IMG/VR virus record: IMGVR_UViG_3300035664_000006 | Location: 1 to 64,000 of that record | Origin: a virus | Length of the DNA: 64,000 nucleotides | Reading direction: 5' to 3' (one strand) | Shown here: piece after piece, positions 29,535 through 40,978 of the stretch | Layout of the letters: the number at the start of each line of letters is the position of its first letter | How positions within the stretch are numbered: the first letter of the stretch is position 1 | The notes under the pieces: generated by a model | What the model saw: only the letters and a program-made list of their open reading frames with translations | Database searches by the model: none | What the model was told of the DNA's origin: nothing | Translations under genes and position numbers: made by a program

Positions 29535-31484
29535 TTAAAATTGAGGTTCTTGTGGTGGTAATGATGTAGGTGTTTCTGGTTCCCACTGATTTAGATGACT
29601 AAATTCAGCTTGTGAAACATGAAACATATTATTGGGGTATTGAGCACTGTTTAATTTATATTTTGATCTATATTTATTGATAGCAGCAATTGGAGTATCT
29701 GCATCAATTGTTTCTTCTCCAGACCCATTTGGACCTACAACAGTCCATTTTGTAATACCAGCAGGTGGTTTAGACACATTTGATGGAACTTGTCTAGTTT
29801 CTTTATTTTTAAGTAAGAATGATTTCAATGCACTAAGTGGAACAATCCCTGCTTGGAACCTAGTAAACAAATTGATAACATCATTGGCATCTTTTGTTGA
29901 AATCATCGGTGTCAAACCTTTTTTAGAAGTGCCTGGGTCAGCGAATTTAGTAGGTTGTTTAGCATTTTCTGGTTCTGATTTATTATAATATTGAACACTA
30001 CTTGGTTGGATTAATTTATATAATCGTTTAGCATATTCTTCTTTATACTTGTTTCTATCACACGCGATATCCAATGCTACCACAAACCGATAAAGTGTAT
30101 TTTCTAGTTTAGATAAATCATCATTCAACCAATCATCACCTGGGCCTCTAAACTCAACTCGGTTTGAATGCAAGTTCAAGCTTACAAATTTGTCTGTGTA
30201 CGACCCATGAATGATTTTCCCTGCTAAACTTGCAAGGTTTTTTTGTAATTCGATTAAAACACCATATGCATTAGCTGGATTATTTTTAATATTAAGACCA
30301 ATTTGTGAAATAGCACTTTTACAAAATGTATTAGAAGAACGTTGGAATTGGTTTAGTATATATTCATCACCTACAAATAATGCAAGTTTTACATAATCTA
30401 AGTTTTCTAATGAAAAATCTTCAATACTAACATTCATATGTAATCCACAATTATGATCGGTATAACAACCATTAGACCTTGCCCAATCAACGACGGTGTG
30501 AAGATCATCAATCATTTCTGATAATGTTAATTTTTTACTAACAATTTCTACACCTGAATCACCTGGTTCAGCACCTGTTAAGCTTGAGTCCTTTTCAATT
30601 ACGTAAAGATTACCTTTGTGCTGTTGACACCCATGATAACTGCTACAGCCAACTGCACGGAGGCCAGTTTCATTTTCAAAACTAGAAGCTAATGCTTCCA
30701 TATTTCTGCCACTAAGATCTGGTTCTATGCGATGCGGCCAATAAAGATCATATTCATTTTCTACATCAGTCATATCATGCAAGCCCATATATTGTAAGAA
30801 ATCCGATTCAAATTCTGATGAATCTGCAGATTCATACCATTCAGCTCTAGCACTGTCATAATTTTTATCTTCTTTTCTAATACTATAAGATATCTTATCT
30901 TCAAGTGCGTCGTTAACGATTTCGGTTGCTTGATCAAGTAGTAAATGTGGATGTTCTGTATCTCTAAATAAATCTGATTGATCAGGATTTGGTTTTTCTA
31001 CAGAACGAAGAGCTGAACTTTTTCTATATGCTTCAACTTCGGCACGTTGTTCATTATCAAGTTCTAATTCATCATATGCTTTTTCATATTCATCATCTTC
31101 GTCCCAATCATAATCAATAATATATTCTCGGACTTGTTCATCTGCTACTTCTTTCCAGTTTTTAAATAATTTTCCATCATAAAACTCTTGGAATTTGTCA
31201 TTTAGACTATCGATTACATTATCAATCTCATAATCGTTATGGCCATCATATGAGAAAAAACGTCTAATTTGATCAATTGAATCACAACTTTCATCATAAT
31301 CATAATCTGGTTCAGTATCGGAATCATAATCATCGCTATTCTCAACATCGGGTACATATAGTTCAAATTCAATACCACAATATGCATTGATTTGTTTACT
31401 TAATTTTTTTAAATTAGTTGGAGACATCGACACTTCGATTAATTTTTCTTCTGATAATTCTACTTTAAATTCATTAAAACGCAT
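29535..31484 (-). CDS. Putative amidoligase (COOH-NH2 ligase family)
   Basis: GIEFE, DSSL, EIVS, CGLHMNVS, VEFR. Confidence 0.8.
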   Translation of the reverse strand: MRFNEFKVELSEEKLIEVSMSPTNLKKLSKQINAYCGIEFELYVPDVENSDDYDSDTEPDYDYDESCDSIDQIRRFFSYDGHNDYEIDNVIDSLNDKFQEFYDGKLFKNWKEVADEQVREYIIDYDWDEDDEYEKAYDELELDNEQRAEVEAYRKSSALRSVEKPNPDQSDLFRDTEHPHLLLDQATEIVNDALEDKISYSIRKEDKNYDSARAEWYESADSSEFESDFLQYMGLHDMTDVENEYDLYWPHRIEPDLSGRNMEALASSFENETGLRAVGCSSYHGCQQHKGNLYVIEKDSSLTGAEPGDSGVEIVSKKLTLSEMIDDLHTVVDWARSNGCYTDHNCGLHMNVSIEDFSLENLDYVKLALFVGDEYILNQFQRSSNTFCKSAISQIGLNIKNNPANAYGVLIELQKNLASLAGKIIHGSYTDKFVSLNLHSNRVEFRGPGDDWLNDDLSKLENTLYRFVVALDIACDRNKYKEEYAKRLYKLIQPSSVQYYNKSEPENAKQPTKFADPGTSKKGLTPMISTKDANDVINLFTRFQAGIVPLSALKSFLLKNKETRQVPSNVSKPPAGITKWTVVGPNGSGEETIDADTPIAAINKYRSKYKLNSAQYPNNMFHVSQAEFSHLNQWEPETPTSLPPQEPQF

Positions 31485-31516
31485 TGTAAATCCTTAAATT
31501 TAATGTATTTATTAAT

Positions 31517-32125
31517 TTAGTAGTCATCCTCAAATTCTTCATTGTCGTCATATGCAGATGGATTATCATAGTACTTATAATATCCTTCATTTTCTTTTAA
31601 TACTCTGATTTTATCCCCCATTTGAACCTGCAACATAGTTAAATGTGATTCTTTTAAAATATCAGTGATGAACCATAACGTACCACACCCACCACCATAA
31701 GTCTTGATTGGACCGTGCTTAATACTGGTTTGCTGTAAACTTTCTCTAAGCAATGAACCATATTCGGTTATGATTCTAGTAATACCTTTTTCACGATTTT
31801 TCAATCTAATTTTATCGTGTTCTGTAAGTTGTGTAATAATAGCAGTATTGCTATCATCGATCAGTAGCAAACAATCTTTGATCTTTATAGATCCTTTTGT
31901 ATGACTAGAATCGGGTCTTTCACGAGTTGACCATTTTACATTACACTCTACGTGATCTACGTAATAAGAAGTACCCTTTGTTGTTATTATCCACATCGGT
32001 ATACTACTATCTTCTAAATGTTTTTTATTAAAATGAAATAATAAATCATCACACGCTAATTCTATCATAATTTTTCCTTGATTAATTTTTGGCATAAAAA
32101 AACCCAAGCTATCTTGATTTCTCAA
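31517..32125 (-). CDS. Hypothetical phage protein
   Basis: Long ORF; true start probably near 32070. Confidence 0.6.
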   Translation of the reverse strand: MRNQDSLGFFMPKINQGKIMIELACDDLLFHFNKKHLEDSSIPMWIITTKGTSYYVDHVECNVKWSTRERPDSSHTKGSIKIKDCLLLIDDSNTAIITQLTEHDKIRLKNREKGITRIITEYGSLLRESLQQTSIKHGPIKTYGGGCGTLWFITDILKESHLTMLQVQMGDKIRVLKENEGYYKYYDNPSAYDDNEEFEDDY

Positions 32126-32192
32126 GACAGTACTTGGGTAAAAAAAGGAGTTTTTTAAATTTTTAAAAAATCTTGTAATCTACAACATGGTA

Positions 32193-32579
32193 TTAGATCA
32201 AAGATTTATATAATGAACCAGACAATTGGAAGTTTGATTTCCAATTCCATTCATCCAACACTAATTGATTAAAAGTAGTGTCATCTAACTCGATAACATC
32301 TTCGATACTCAATTCGAGCATTCTGATAGCACGGGTATAGCTTTGTTCATACGAATTGGGAACTGCTGGCAAGTTTTTAACTTTTGCAATGCTATCTAAT
32401 TCACCGGTATTAACCAGTTTCAAGTTATTTTTAGTGATAACTACCACTGCTTTTTTAAAATCTTCGACAGATTCGATATATTCAGCAATGTGTTTTTCTT
32501 TGTTTTCACGAACTACTGCTAGTAATTCTTCTCTTTTGATTTTTACTGTTTTCATAACGTTATTTTCGATGTTTCTCAT
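32193..32579 (-). CDS. Hypothetical helical protein
   Basis: ORF in gene run. Confidence 0.6.
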   Translation of the reverse strand: MRNIENNVMKTVKIKREELLAVVRENKEKHIAEYIESVEDFKKAVVVITKNNLKLVNTGELDSIAKVKNLPAVPNSYEQSYTRAIRMLELSIEDVIELDDTTFNQLVLDEWNWKSNFQLSGSLYKSLI

Positions 32580-32594
32580 AATAAACTGTATTAT

Positions 32595-32669
32595 TGGTGC
32601 GCTTGATGGGATTCGAACCCATTATCGTAAGTTTTAGAGGCTTTTGCTATACCGAGCAGCTTCAAGCGC
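32595..32669 (-). tRNA. tRNA with CTA anticodon (amber suppressor-like)
   Basis: GCGCTTG/CAAGCGC-ACCA, T arm ATGGG-TTCGAAT-CCCAT, AAGC-CTCTAAA-ACTT. Confidence 0.75.
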
Positions 32670-32863
32670 GTAATTATAAAGATAGTAGGGATTTCTCCCT
32701 ACTAGGTATAGTATATCATTCAGATCGTTGTCTGTCAAGTATTACTTTATTATTCACCTTACATCACGCCATCCAGTGCGAGATTTTGCGGTTCAATCGG
32801 ATAAATTAATACTTGAAAACATTCTAAAGGTTACAAAGTATATAAAAACTAATAAATAAAAGT

Positions 32864-33526
32864 ATGATAAACATAATTTATAAACTTGTAAATAGACGTA
32901 AAGCGAACAACAATGAATACCCATGTTATTATATAGGAAGTAAAATGGGGTATATTCCTGGTAAATATTGGGGTTCATCAAGGAACCCAATATTATTGCA
33001 AGAGTTAAAAGACAACATTTCTGATTTTGAAATAGAAATATTAGAATATGTTGACGACCCCCAAAAGTTAACTACAAGAGAATTACATTATCATCAAACA
33101 TATAATGTGGTATATGATGATGCATATTATAATTTACAATTAGCTGGTATAAAATTTTCAAGTGTTGGGTTTGTATGGTGTCATGACCCAATATCATTGG
33201 TTAAAGCATATATGCCAAAACATAAAATCCCAAATGGATGGGAAATAGGTAAAACACCACAAGCAAAAATAAAAGCTGAATCACGCACAGGGTATAAACG
33301 TGGTGATGCACAATTAAAAACACACCTTTCAAATGCAGTGACGAGATTAGAATGGATATTAAAAGATCCTGATGGGAATATACACATTGTTGATAAATTG
33401 CATAAATTTTGTGAAGAAAATAATGTATCATCAAGACTTCGACTTGTTAATCATATTGGAAAACCAATTAAGAAAGGAAAAAGTAAAGGATGGTGTGTTA
33501 TTGAAGTAAGAGATACCAAGGGGTGA
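32864..33526 (+). mobile_element. Seg-like GIY-YIG homing endonuclease
   Basis: IIYK...YYIGSK...YWGSS...E...YYN. Confidence 0.8.
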
Positions 33527-33880
33527 CCCCCTTGGTAGGCGATTTTGTAACAAGGAGCCACCCCCGGAACTCGCTGGATATTAAGCAGCGATAGCATCAA
33601 AGATGCCATCTACAGTGTAGAATTCAAATTTTGTATTTGCTTTTGCATTTACTTTAAATGCTTGATTTACGGTCATCGCCTACCGATTCTCCAATGTTCT
33701 TTTATCCAGCAATCGAATCTAAGTCAGGCCCATTATAAAACATATTAGCACTTCCCTTTTAAGGGGCAGGAAGTTTATGGCTATGGCCCCACTCTGATAC
33801 CTCTAATATGTTTTATGGTGGACCTGGCGATGTTCTGCCCATCGCGTCTTACCAAACTATTACAACATCTTCAACGAATT
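33515..33880 (-). ncRNA. ssrA: Two-piece (circularly permuted) tmRNA
   Basis: 3' acceptor part ends CAGGTCCACCA (33816) upstream of 5' GGGCCTGAC..TTCGA (33731); G3-U70; tag ORF AKANTKFEFYTVDGIFDAIAA* (33581-33646). Confidence 0.88.
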
Positions 33881-33932
33881 CTTTAATTAATGTGTATTAT
33901 AGCACATAAAAACTGTTTGTCAATAATAAAAG

Positions 33933-33999
33933 ATAAATAAAGATGTAGTTCGCGGAACGGGAATTCCCAACTACTTTAATACTTTCAAGGAGTATCAAC
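33933..33999 (+). promoter_or_regulatory. Homing-endonuclease leader module (copy 2)
   Basis: ATAAATA..GTAGTTCGCGGAA..TTCCCAACTAC..ATACTTTCAAGGAGTAT. Confidence 0.75.
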
Positions 34000-34674
34000 A
34001 TGAATATTTATACAATCTATAAATCTACAAATACATTTAATAATAAAACATATATAGGATTCACAACGGATTTCAATAAACGTAAATCCGAACATAGGTA
34101 TAGATTCAAAACTGGTTCTACTAAATTTTATAACGCCATAAAAAAGTACGGCTGGCAGTCATTTGCATGGGAAATTATATATCAATCATCAGAGTATGAA
34201 TACACAAAAAATGTAATGGAAACATATTTTATTAATGAATACGATTCATATGTAAATGGGTATAACTCAACTAAAGGCGGTGACGGTATAGACTCGGAAT
34301 CTGCACGGTTATTTCAACAAGATATGATTAAAAATAACACTCATATTTTTCAAGGTGACAAAAACCCAACGTACTCAAGAATACTAAATGGAACTCATAA
34401 TTTTTTAAATAATAATTTTCAACGGAATATTTCTAATAATAGAGTTAAAAATAATACACATAATTTTCAAGGAGCCCGTAATCCATCCCATCAGAGATTA
34501 ATTGATGGAACACATAATTTATTAGGAGGTGAAATACAACGTAAATCATCTATAAAAAGATTACAAGATGGAACACATAATTTTATAATTCAATATACTT
34601 GCCCGTACTGTGGTAAAATTGGAAAAGGTCCTAACATGAAACGATATCACTTTGATAAGTGTAAACTGAAATAG
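34000..34674 (+). mobile_element. GIY-YIG homing endonuclease
   Basis: TIYK...YIGFT...R...GYN; GTHNF repeats; C-terminal CPYC. Confidence 0.88.
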
Positions 34675-35065
34675 TTATCATATGTGACCTGTATTTAATT
34701 TTGTCTATACCGCACACCCTTGCGACTTCAGCCTGTTAAGGTAGAGCTACTAAATAGAACTCTATGACTTCTATACTTTCACATAGATAAATTAAATATC
34801 TAACTATGGTTCAATAATGGCGTACCACTCCTAATCGTTTGTACTATGTACCGGATTTAAGTTAGAATATTTACTTATTATAGCATATTTATATGAGATG
34901 TCAAGAACTATTTTCTTTTTACACGTGGTTTAATTCTTGGTTTACCGGTTAATGAGTTGTTTCTGCTTCTAGCCATTGTAAATACCTCGTTTGTTAGTGA
35001 TGGGGCTATTATACCTCAATTTCAGATGTTGTCAAGAACTTCTAAAAGAATAAATACTACTATTA

Positions 35066-36051
35066 ATGGAGAAGTTTGTGGATATAGGAATACCAAATTT
35101 TGATTTTTTTAGTCTTGTGCAACAATGTGGGTTTCCTATTGCATTAGCTGTGGTATGTGGATGGTTTGTTATGCAAGCAATCCAGTTAGTACTTGGGTCT
35201 GTTGTAAAATCCATTAAGAAGATGACATTTTTAATTAAATCAATGGATGGACGTGTGAAACAGATGAATGTTGATATTATTGAGATTGATAAATTGATTT
35301 CACAAGCATTGAATGTTCAATCATTGCCAGAAAAAATACATCATGAAGTAGCTGCAGTTATGAATAGTCATGATGTGAAACAACCGATACCAACTAAACC
35401 AGTGCCTGATAATCCTAAAAAATCAATCCGTGAGAAATTTAAAAATGCGGTTGATAATGTGATTGATAAAAATGTTGATTCAATCGTAGAAAAAGTAGAA
35501 GGAATTACAAAATGAGCCCAGAATATATAAAATTTTTTTCTGATACAATAACCCCGATTCTTGGTAGTTGTGTGTTAGGTGCGTTTATATTCACTGCATT
35601 AAAATTTGTACTTGGTGATGTAATTACATCTGTTAGGACATTTGCTAGTATAGTTACTGCATTGGAGAACAGAGTAAGAATAACATCTAATGAATTGATT
35701 AAAATTGATGTTACAGTTTCTGCAAAACTGGGATTACGCCCTGATTTGGACAGAATTGCGAGATCAGTTAGAGATGATTGTAGGAGAGATTAAATGGATA
35801 TAACACAAATAGCAGATATTATAAATCGTTATGGATTTCCAATAATTGCCGCAGGATATATGTTGAAAATGGTGAAATATGTTTGGGATTTTACAATAAA
35901 TGAGATTAATCCGGTACTGGTAGATGCAAATAAAGAATTAATTTCACTAATTGATAAAATTCGTCTAGTTGATGCGGATTGCCTTCGAATTACTGCAAAA
36001 TTGAATACAGTTCTTCAAATGCGAGAAAGTGAACAAAAAAATGATAAATAA
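35066..36051 (+). CDS. Three tandem paralogous small TM + coiled-coil proteins (35066-35515, 35512-35793, 35794-36051)
   Basis: GFPI motif/TM helix followed by similar ..R(V/I)....D/E.I.I segments. Confidence 0.65.
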
Positions 36052-36110
36052 GAATGTAGTTCGCGGAATGGGGATTCCCAACTACTTTAATACTTTCAAG
36101 GAGTATCAAC
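36044..36110 (+). promoter_or_regulatory. Homing-endonuclease leader module (copy 3)
   Basis: Near-identical to 33933-33999. Confidence 0.75.
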
Positions 36111-37094
36111 ATGAATATTTATCAACATCAATGTGTGTTTGCTGATAATTTAGCAACACAACACTATTATTCTATAATAGAAAATGCAATTCAACAACCT
36201 CGTAAAAAATATAGAAAAACAAACCCTCTATATCAATATTACGAAGAGCATCACGTACTGCCAAAATCAATATTTCCAGAATATAAAAAATCATTATGGA
36301 ACAAAGTTTTATTGACAGCAGAAGAACATTATAATTGTCATAAATTATTACTAGAAATGACAGATGGTAAAAATAGATCAAAAATGGTTTGTGCATTATG
36401 GTATATGACATCTGCAAGAACACTAGACATGCATAGAAAAATACAGTCTGGTGAAGAATTTGAACAAGCAAAAATAAATTGGTCTGAATATATGTCAGAA
36501 TTAAAATTAGGTAAAAAATGTTCTCAGGAAACAAAAGATAAAATATCCGCTTCTAATAAAGGTCGAAAACCATCTGCAGCTGCAATAGAAGCAGTAATAA
36601 AATATAATACTGGAAGAAAGAGATGCCCGATTTCTGTTGAGAAATCAAGATTGGCACAACTTGGTAATACTAATGTAAAAGGAAGAAAATGTTGGACGAA
36701 CGGTATAGAAGATACATTTTCAAACGACTGCCCTGGTGAAGGATGGCATATAGGAAAAACGTATAAGCACTCTGAACTCACCAAACGAAAAATTGGAGAA
36801 GCCGGTAAAGGTAGAGTGATATCTGATGAAACAAGAAAGAAGATGAGTGAAAAAAGTAAAGGTATTAAAAAGGCTGATGATTTTGGTGCTAAAATAAGTA
36901 TAGCCAAAAAAGGAAAGAAAACAAACCAACAAGAAATAATGGGGAGAAAATATGCTTCAATGAATGATGAAGAATTTAATTCTTATATTTCTAAAATGAA
37001 ATCATTATTAGCAAAAAACAGAGCAACTAATCTTCGTACAAAATGGATAAATATTGTAGAAGACCTTAATAGGGACAGTAATGAGAGTAAGTGA
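36111..37094 (+). mobile_element. HNH + NUMOD3 homing endonuclease
   Basis: EEHHVLPKS...LTAEEHYNCH; ETKDKIS repeats. Confidence 0.88.
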
Positions 37095-37377
37095 ATTTAT
37101 AAATGAAGATTGGCAAAAAGTAAATAAAAAAGATAAAACTGACGGCATGAGTAAAAAGGCAGTTAGCACATATCGTAATGAACATCCAGGTTCAAAATTA
37201 CAAACAGCGGTTACTACAAAACCTAGTAAGTTGAAGAAAGATAGTAAAGATGCTAACAGGCGTAAAAGTTTTTGTGCAAGAATGGGTGGAATGAAAAAAG
37301 CAAATGCCAGTGCTGAAACAAAGAGAGACCCTGATAGTCCAATCAATAAAGCATTGCGTAGATGGAATTGTGAATAA
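37081..37377 (+). CDS. Basic phage protein
   Basis: RRKSFCARMGG...SPINKALRRWNC; N-terminus MRVSEFINE. Confidence 0.7.
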   Translation: MRVSEFINEDWQKVNKKDKTDGMSKKAVSTYRNEHPGSKLQTAVTTKPSKLKKDSKDANRRKSFCARMGGMKKANASAETKRDPDSPINKALRRWNCE

Positions 37378-37766
37378 TGAAAGTGAGTGAAGTAATTTCT
37401 GATAAAACCTCAGATATGGCTATAAATGAATTAGTAAGATATGTTAATGAAAAGTGGAATAAAGTTGGCTTACAGGTTGATTTTGGCACACATTTTGGTC
37501 AACGGATAAATGACGAACGTAATAATCCACCGATTGACGTTAATGAAGTTGCTAAATTATTTGACAAATTATTTGTCAATGCGGGTAAAGCAATTTCAAA
37601 ATTGCCGATTGGATTTAAATCAGTGATGAATGACCCAGATACACATATCAATGTTATGTTTAAGATAGTAGAAGCAGGTGGACATAAAGTAGTTATGTTA
37701 ACTTCTATTATTAGAAAATCTAAATTTAGATCAGATACAAAAGTATTTAGAGAAGAATTGCCGTAG
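37377..37766 (+). CDS. Hypothetical protein
   Basis: HFGQRINDERN; N-terminus MKVSEVIS. Confidence 0.6.
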   Translation: MKVSEVISDKTSDMAINELVRYVNEKWNKVGLQVDFGTHFGQRINDERNNPPIDVNEVAKLFDKLFVNAGKAISKLPIGFKSVMNDPDTHINVMFKIVEAGGHKVVMLTSIIRKSKFRSDTKVFREELP

Positions 37767-38016
37767 GACCGTGACTTTGTTACGAAGGCGATAGGTAGCT
37801 ACTACCTTTGGAACGCTGAATCGCTACCAGCGTTCCATAAAGTGTAGTGTTATATTTTCAAATGTGTTTTACATTTAGCTGCTAGTGCATCCCAAACGTA
37901 TATTATACATATTTCTACAAAGCTTATGATGGATACACCTAAAATTATTAATAAAAGGAATATTGAACATAGTATTGATAATGGGGTAAAGCTTCTTCTG
38001 GTTCTCATAATGTATC

Positions 38017-40074
38017 CTACTTGGTTGTAGCTCTGTAAATTCCATCCCATGAAAGTGGTAATTTAGTTTTTTTCATTTGTTCACATCTTTCAATCCATAA
38101 CTCGTAGCTATGTTCCATTTGGCCATCAAATTCACTCATTAATTCTTTAGACATTTTAATAGCTTGGTCAAACTGTTGAGAACGATATGCTAATAACATG
38201 AAGTTATGTTTTGTTCTTGCTTCTTCGTATGAATCCAAATTTACATTATCGGTTAACAGTGGTGTATAAATTTGTAATCCAACTGTTTTACCTTTCACTG
38301 CAATATTATCAAGTTCTAATGTAAAAATTTCATCTTTAACTAACGCATTTGTATTAGGTCCAATAATAAGTAATACACCATAAGATTTAGTTTGACCTTC
38401 TAATCTAGCAGCAGTGCTAACTGAATCACCTAACACATCGTATCCAAATTTATCTTTAGAACCAATATTACCAATTAGTGTTTCACCGGTATTAACCCCA
38501 GCCCCCATACCAACTGGTGGACGGCCACTAGCAGTAAGTTCAATATTGAAATCTTCGATTGCTTTAATCATTTGTTGAGCAGTTTTAACTGCAGTTACGG
38601 CATGATTAGGATCATCTAATGGCGCACCGTGAACATGTAAACTTGCATCGCCGATGAATTTAATCAATGTACCGTCATTCTTTAATACTGGTACACTCAA
38701 CGCAGTCATATAATCATTCATGATTTGTGTAAGACCTTCTACATCATCACCGAACGATTCTCCTAGGGTTGTAAATCCACGTAAATCTGTCATGACAATT
38801 GAAAGTTCTTTACGTTCTCCACCTAGTTTAATAAGTTCTGGGTTCTTTTGTAATTTTTCTACGATAGTAGGGTTAACATATGAGCCAAATTGTTTTTTAA
38901 TCTGCATTTTTTGTAAGAACTCACTTACAAATTTCACACCATATGCATGTAATGCAACTAGTATAATACCACTTACAAATGCAGTAATATCAAACAAGTA
39001 CAAGTATTCGCTAAACACATATTGGCTACCAAACACTGATCCAACGGTTAATACAACAACGGCACCTAACCCAACATAAATCCATCTAGTTAAGAATAAT
39101 AGCAGAATGCCGATGACTAGTAAAGATAAGATTTCAACGCCATCTGCATAATCTGGACGTTGTATTACTACGTTATTCATTATAGTACCAATAACTGCTG
39201 CTTGTGCTTCATGTGGGAATACCGAACCTTTTGCAGTTGGAATAGGATTACCGATACCTGCAGCAGTCGGGCCAACGATAACTATTGAACCGTTGAGATC
39301 ATCAGGTATATTAGATAAACTTATACTGGTTGACGATTGGCTCCAATCTATCCAAACACGACCTAGTGGATCAGTCGTAATTGGACCGAACTTTGGAATT
39401 CTCATTTTCTCAACACCAAATTCATTTAGTTTTACTTGAAAAGTTGAATCACCACTCGATGCTAACGCAACTGTTTCTAAACTTAATGATGGATATAGTT
39501 TATCACCAACTGAAACTACTAATGGCATCCTGCGATTAACACCATCAATTTCGGGTAGTGTATTAACTGTACCAACCCCGGCTACAGATTCTTCTATGAC
39601 TGGAATATTAGCAATAATACCTGGATATTGAATGACACGATCAATAAATTCTGGTCCTAATACTACTGACCCTGTGATTTTAGGTGTATTTTTAGAAAGA
39701 TCAGCCGGGATATTAGGGAGAATAACAGGATAACTTGATAAGGCATTCGCGAATGCCTTATCACCACCTTGGCGATCAGTTTCTGGCATTAGGACATTGA
39801 ATACCACTAATCCGGCATTATGCTCATACAGGTTTTGGATTATATCTGCATAGATGGTTCTCTTGAATGGCCATTGACCATACTTGTCTAACGATGACTC
39901 GTCTATATTAATTGTATAGATTGAATTTTCAGTGGTTGGCTTTGATGTAATTAACGTATCAAAATATCGTAATCTTATACTTTCTATAAATGATGGATCG
40001 GATACCCGTACACCAACAATTAAAAATAACGTTAATAATGCAGTCCATGGACTTAAAAGAATTTTTTTAATCAT
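38017..40074 (-). CDS. CHASE2-domain class III adenylate/guanylate cyclase
   Basis: IDESSL..GQWP (CHASE2), TM helices, DLRGFT, KFIGDA, GDSVSTAARLE. Confidence 0.92.
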   Translation of the reverse strand: MIKKILLSPWTALLTLFLIVGVRVSDPSFIESIRLRYFDTLITSKPTTENSIYTINIDESSLDKYGQWPFKRTIYADIIQNLYEHNAGLVVFNVLMPETDRQGGDKAFANALSSYPVILPNIPADLSKNTPKITGSVVLGPEFIDRVIQYPGIIANIPVIEESVAGVGTVNTLPEIDGVNRRMPLVVSVGDKLYPSLSLETVALASSGDSTFQVKLNEFGVEKMRIPKFGPITTDPLGRVWIDWSQSSTSISLSNIPDDLNGSIVIVGPTAAGIGNPIPTAKGSVFPHEAQAAVIGTIMNNVVIQRPDYADGVEILSLLVIGILLLFLTRWIYVGLGAVVVLTVGSVFGSQYVFSEYLYLFDITAFVSGIILVALHAYGVKFVSEFLQKMQIKKQFGSYVNPTIVEKLQKNPELIKLGGERKELSIVMTDLRGFTTLGESFGDDVEGLTQIMNDYMTALSVPVLKNDGTLIKFIGDASLHVHGAPLDDPNHAVTAVKTAQQMIKAIEDFNIELTASGRPPVGMGAGVNTGETLIGNIGSKDKFGYDVLGDSVSTAARLEGQTKSYGVLLIIGPNTNALVKDEIFTLELDNIAVKGKTVGLQIYTPLLTDNVNLDSYEEARTKHNFMLLAYRSQQFDQAIKMSKELMSEFDGQMEHSYELWIERCEQMKKTKLPLSWDGIYRATTK

Positions 40075-40946
40075 GATATTTTATCTATAATAAATGATGA
40101 TATTGCATCAGCAACATTGGTATTGCAATACTTGTCAAACCCACTAAATCCTGGATTTGAATTAGCTTCACATACTCTAAACCCTCGATCATCAAAAAGC
40201 AGATCAATCCCTGCAATCGTAAGATTTAATACTTCAGCCGTTTTAAGTGCTATTTCTTCAATTTCAGATGATACGGGAAATGATTCACCAGTACCACCAT
40301 TGGTTATATTAGCTCTGAAGTCATCTTCCGGTGCAGTTCGTTTCATTGCACCTAATACTTTACCACCTACTACAAATACTCTTAAATCTTCACCGGGTCT
40401 ATGTGCTAGATATTCTTGGGCAATAAGAGTTTTTTCATTATGTACAGCATCTACAAATTCAATAAATTTTATATATTCTTGTTTAGTTTTACAAAGATAA
40501 ACACCTTCGCCGAAGCTACCAACTACTACCTTTACTACACATGGAAATCCGATAGTTTTTTCAACTAAATCTGATCTTGAGGTAGATTTAACTATCATGG
40601 TATGTGGAACTGCGATGCCAGCATTCGCTAATATTTCACTTGATTGGAATTTATCTTGTACTAAGTTAATACTTTCACTACCATTATAACACGGAATTCC
40701 TTCTAATTCAAAGTATCTAATTACAGATAATTCAGCACGTGATATTCCTGCACCAAGTCGTACTAATACTGCTCTTGGTCTAGCTAATCGTTCCCCATCA
40801 TAAAATATTCCATGATTTAGAATAACATCGAATTTATTGAAGTAGCACACTCTGATATGAACATCCTTATCTGCAAAACTTTGTATAAGTTTTGAGGTTT
40901 CATAGTCAAATTCTTTTCTTTGTTTGGTTAAAATTAAAACGGTCAT
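40071..40946 (-). CDS. RimK-family ATP-grasp ligase
   Basis: DKF, GSFGEGV, QEY, DLRVFV, FRAN, EANSNPG. Confidence 0.88.
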   Translation of the reverse strand: MTVLILTKQRKEFDYETSKLIQSFADKDVHIRVCYFNKFDVILNHGIFYDGERLARPRAVLVRLGAGISRAELSVIRYFELEGIPCYNGSESINLVQDKFQSSEILANAGIAVPHTMIVKSTSRSDLVEKTIGFPCVVKVVVGSFGEGVYLCKTKQEYIKFIEFVDAVHNEKTLIAQEYLAHRPGEDLRVFVVGGKVLGAMKRTAPEDDFRANITNGGTGESFPVSSEIEEIALKTAEVLNLTIAGIDLLFDDRGFRVCEANSNPGFSGFDKYCNTNVADAISSFIIDKIS

Positions 40947-40978
40947 AATACCTTAAATATGTTTCAATTATTTATCGG

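Noticed and set aside
33945-33999. Endonuclease leader as an HDV-like/theta ribozyme
   Set aside because: No P2 partner strand or J4/2 catalytic segment found.
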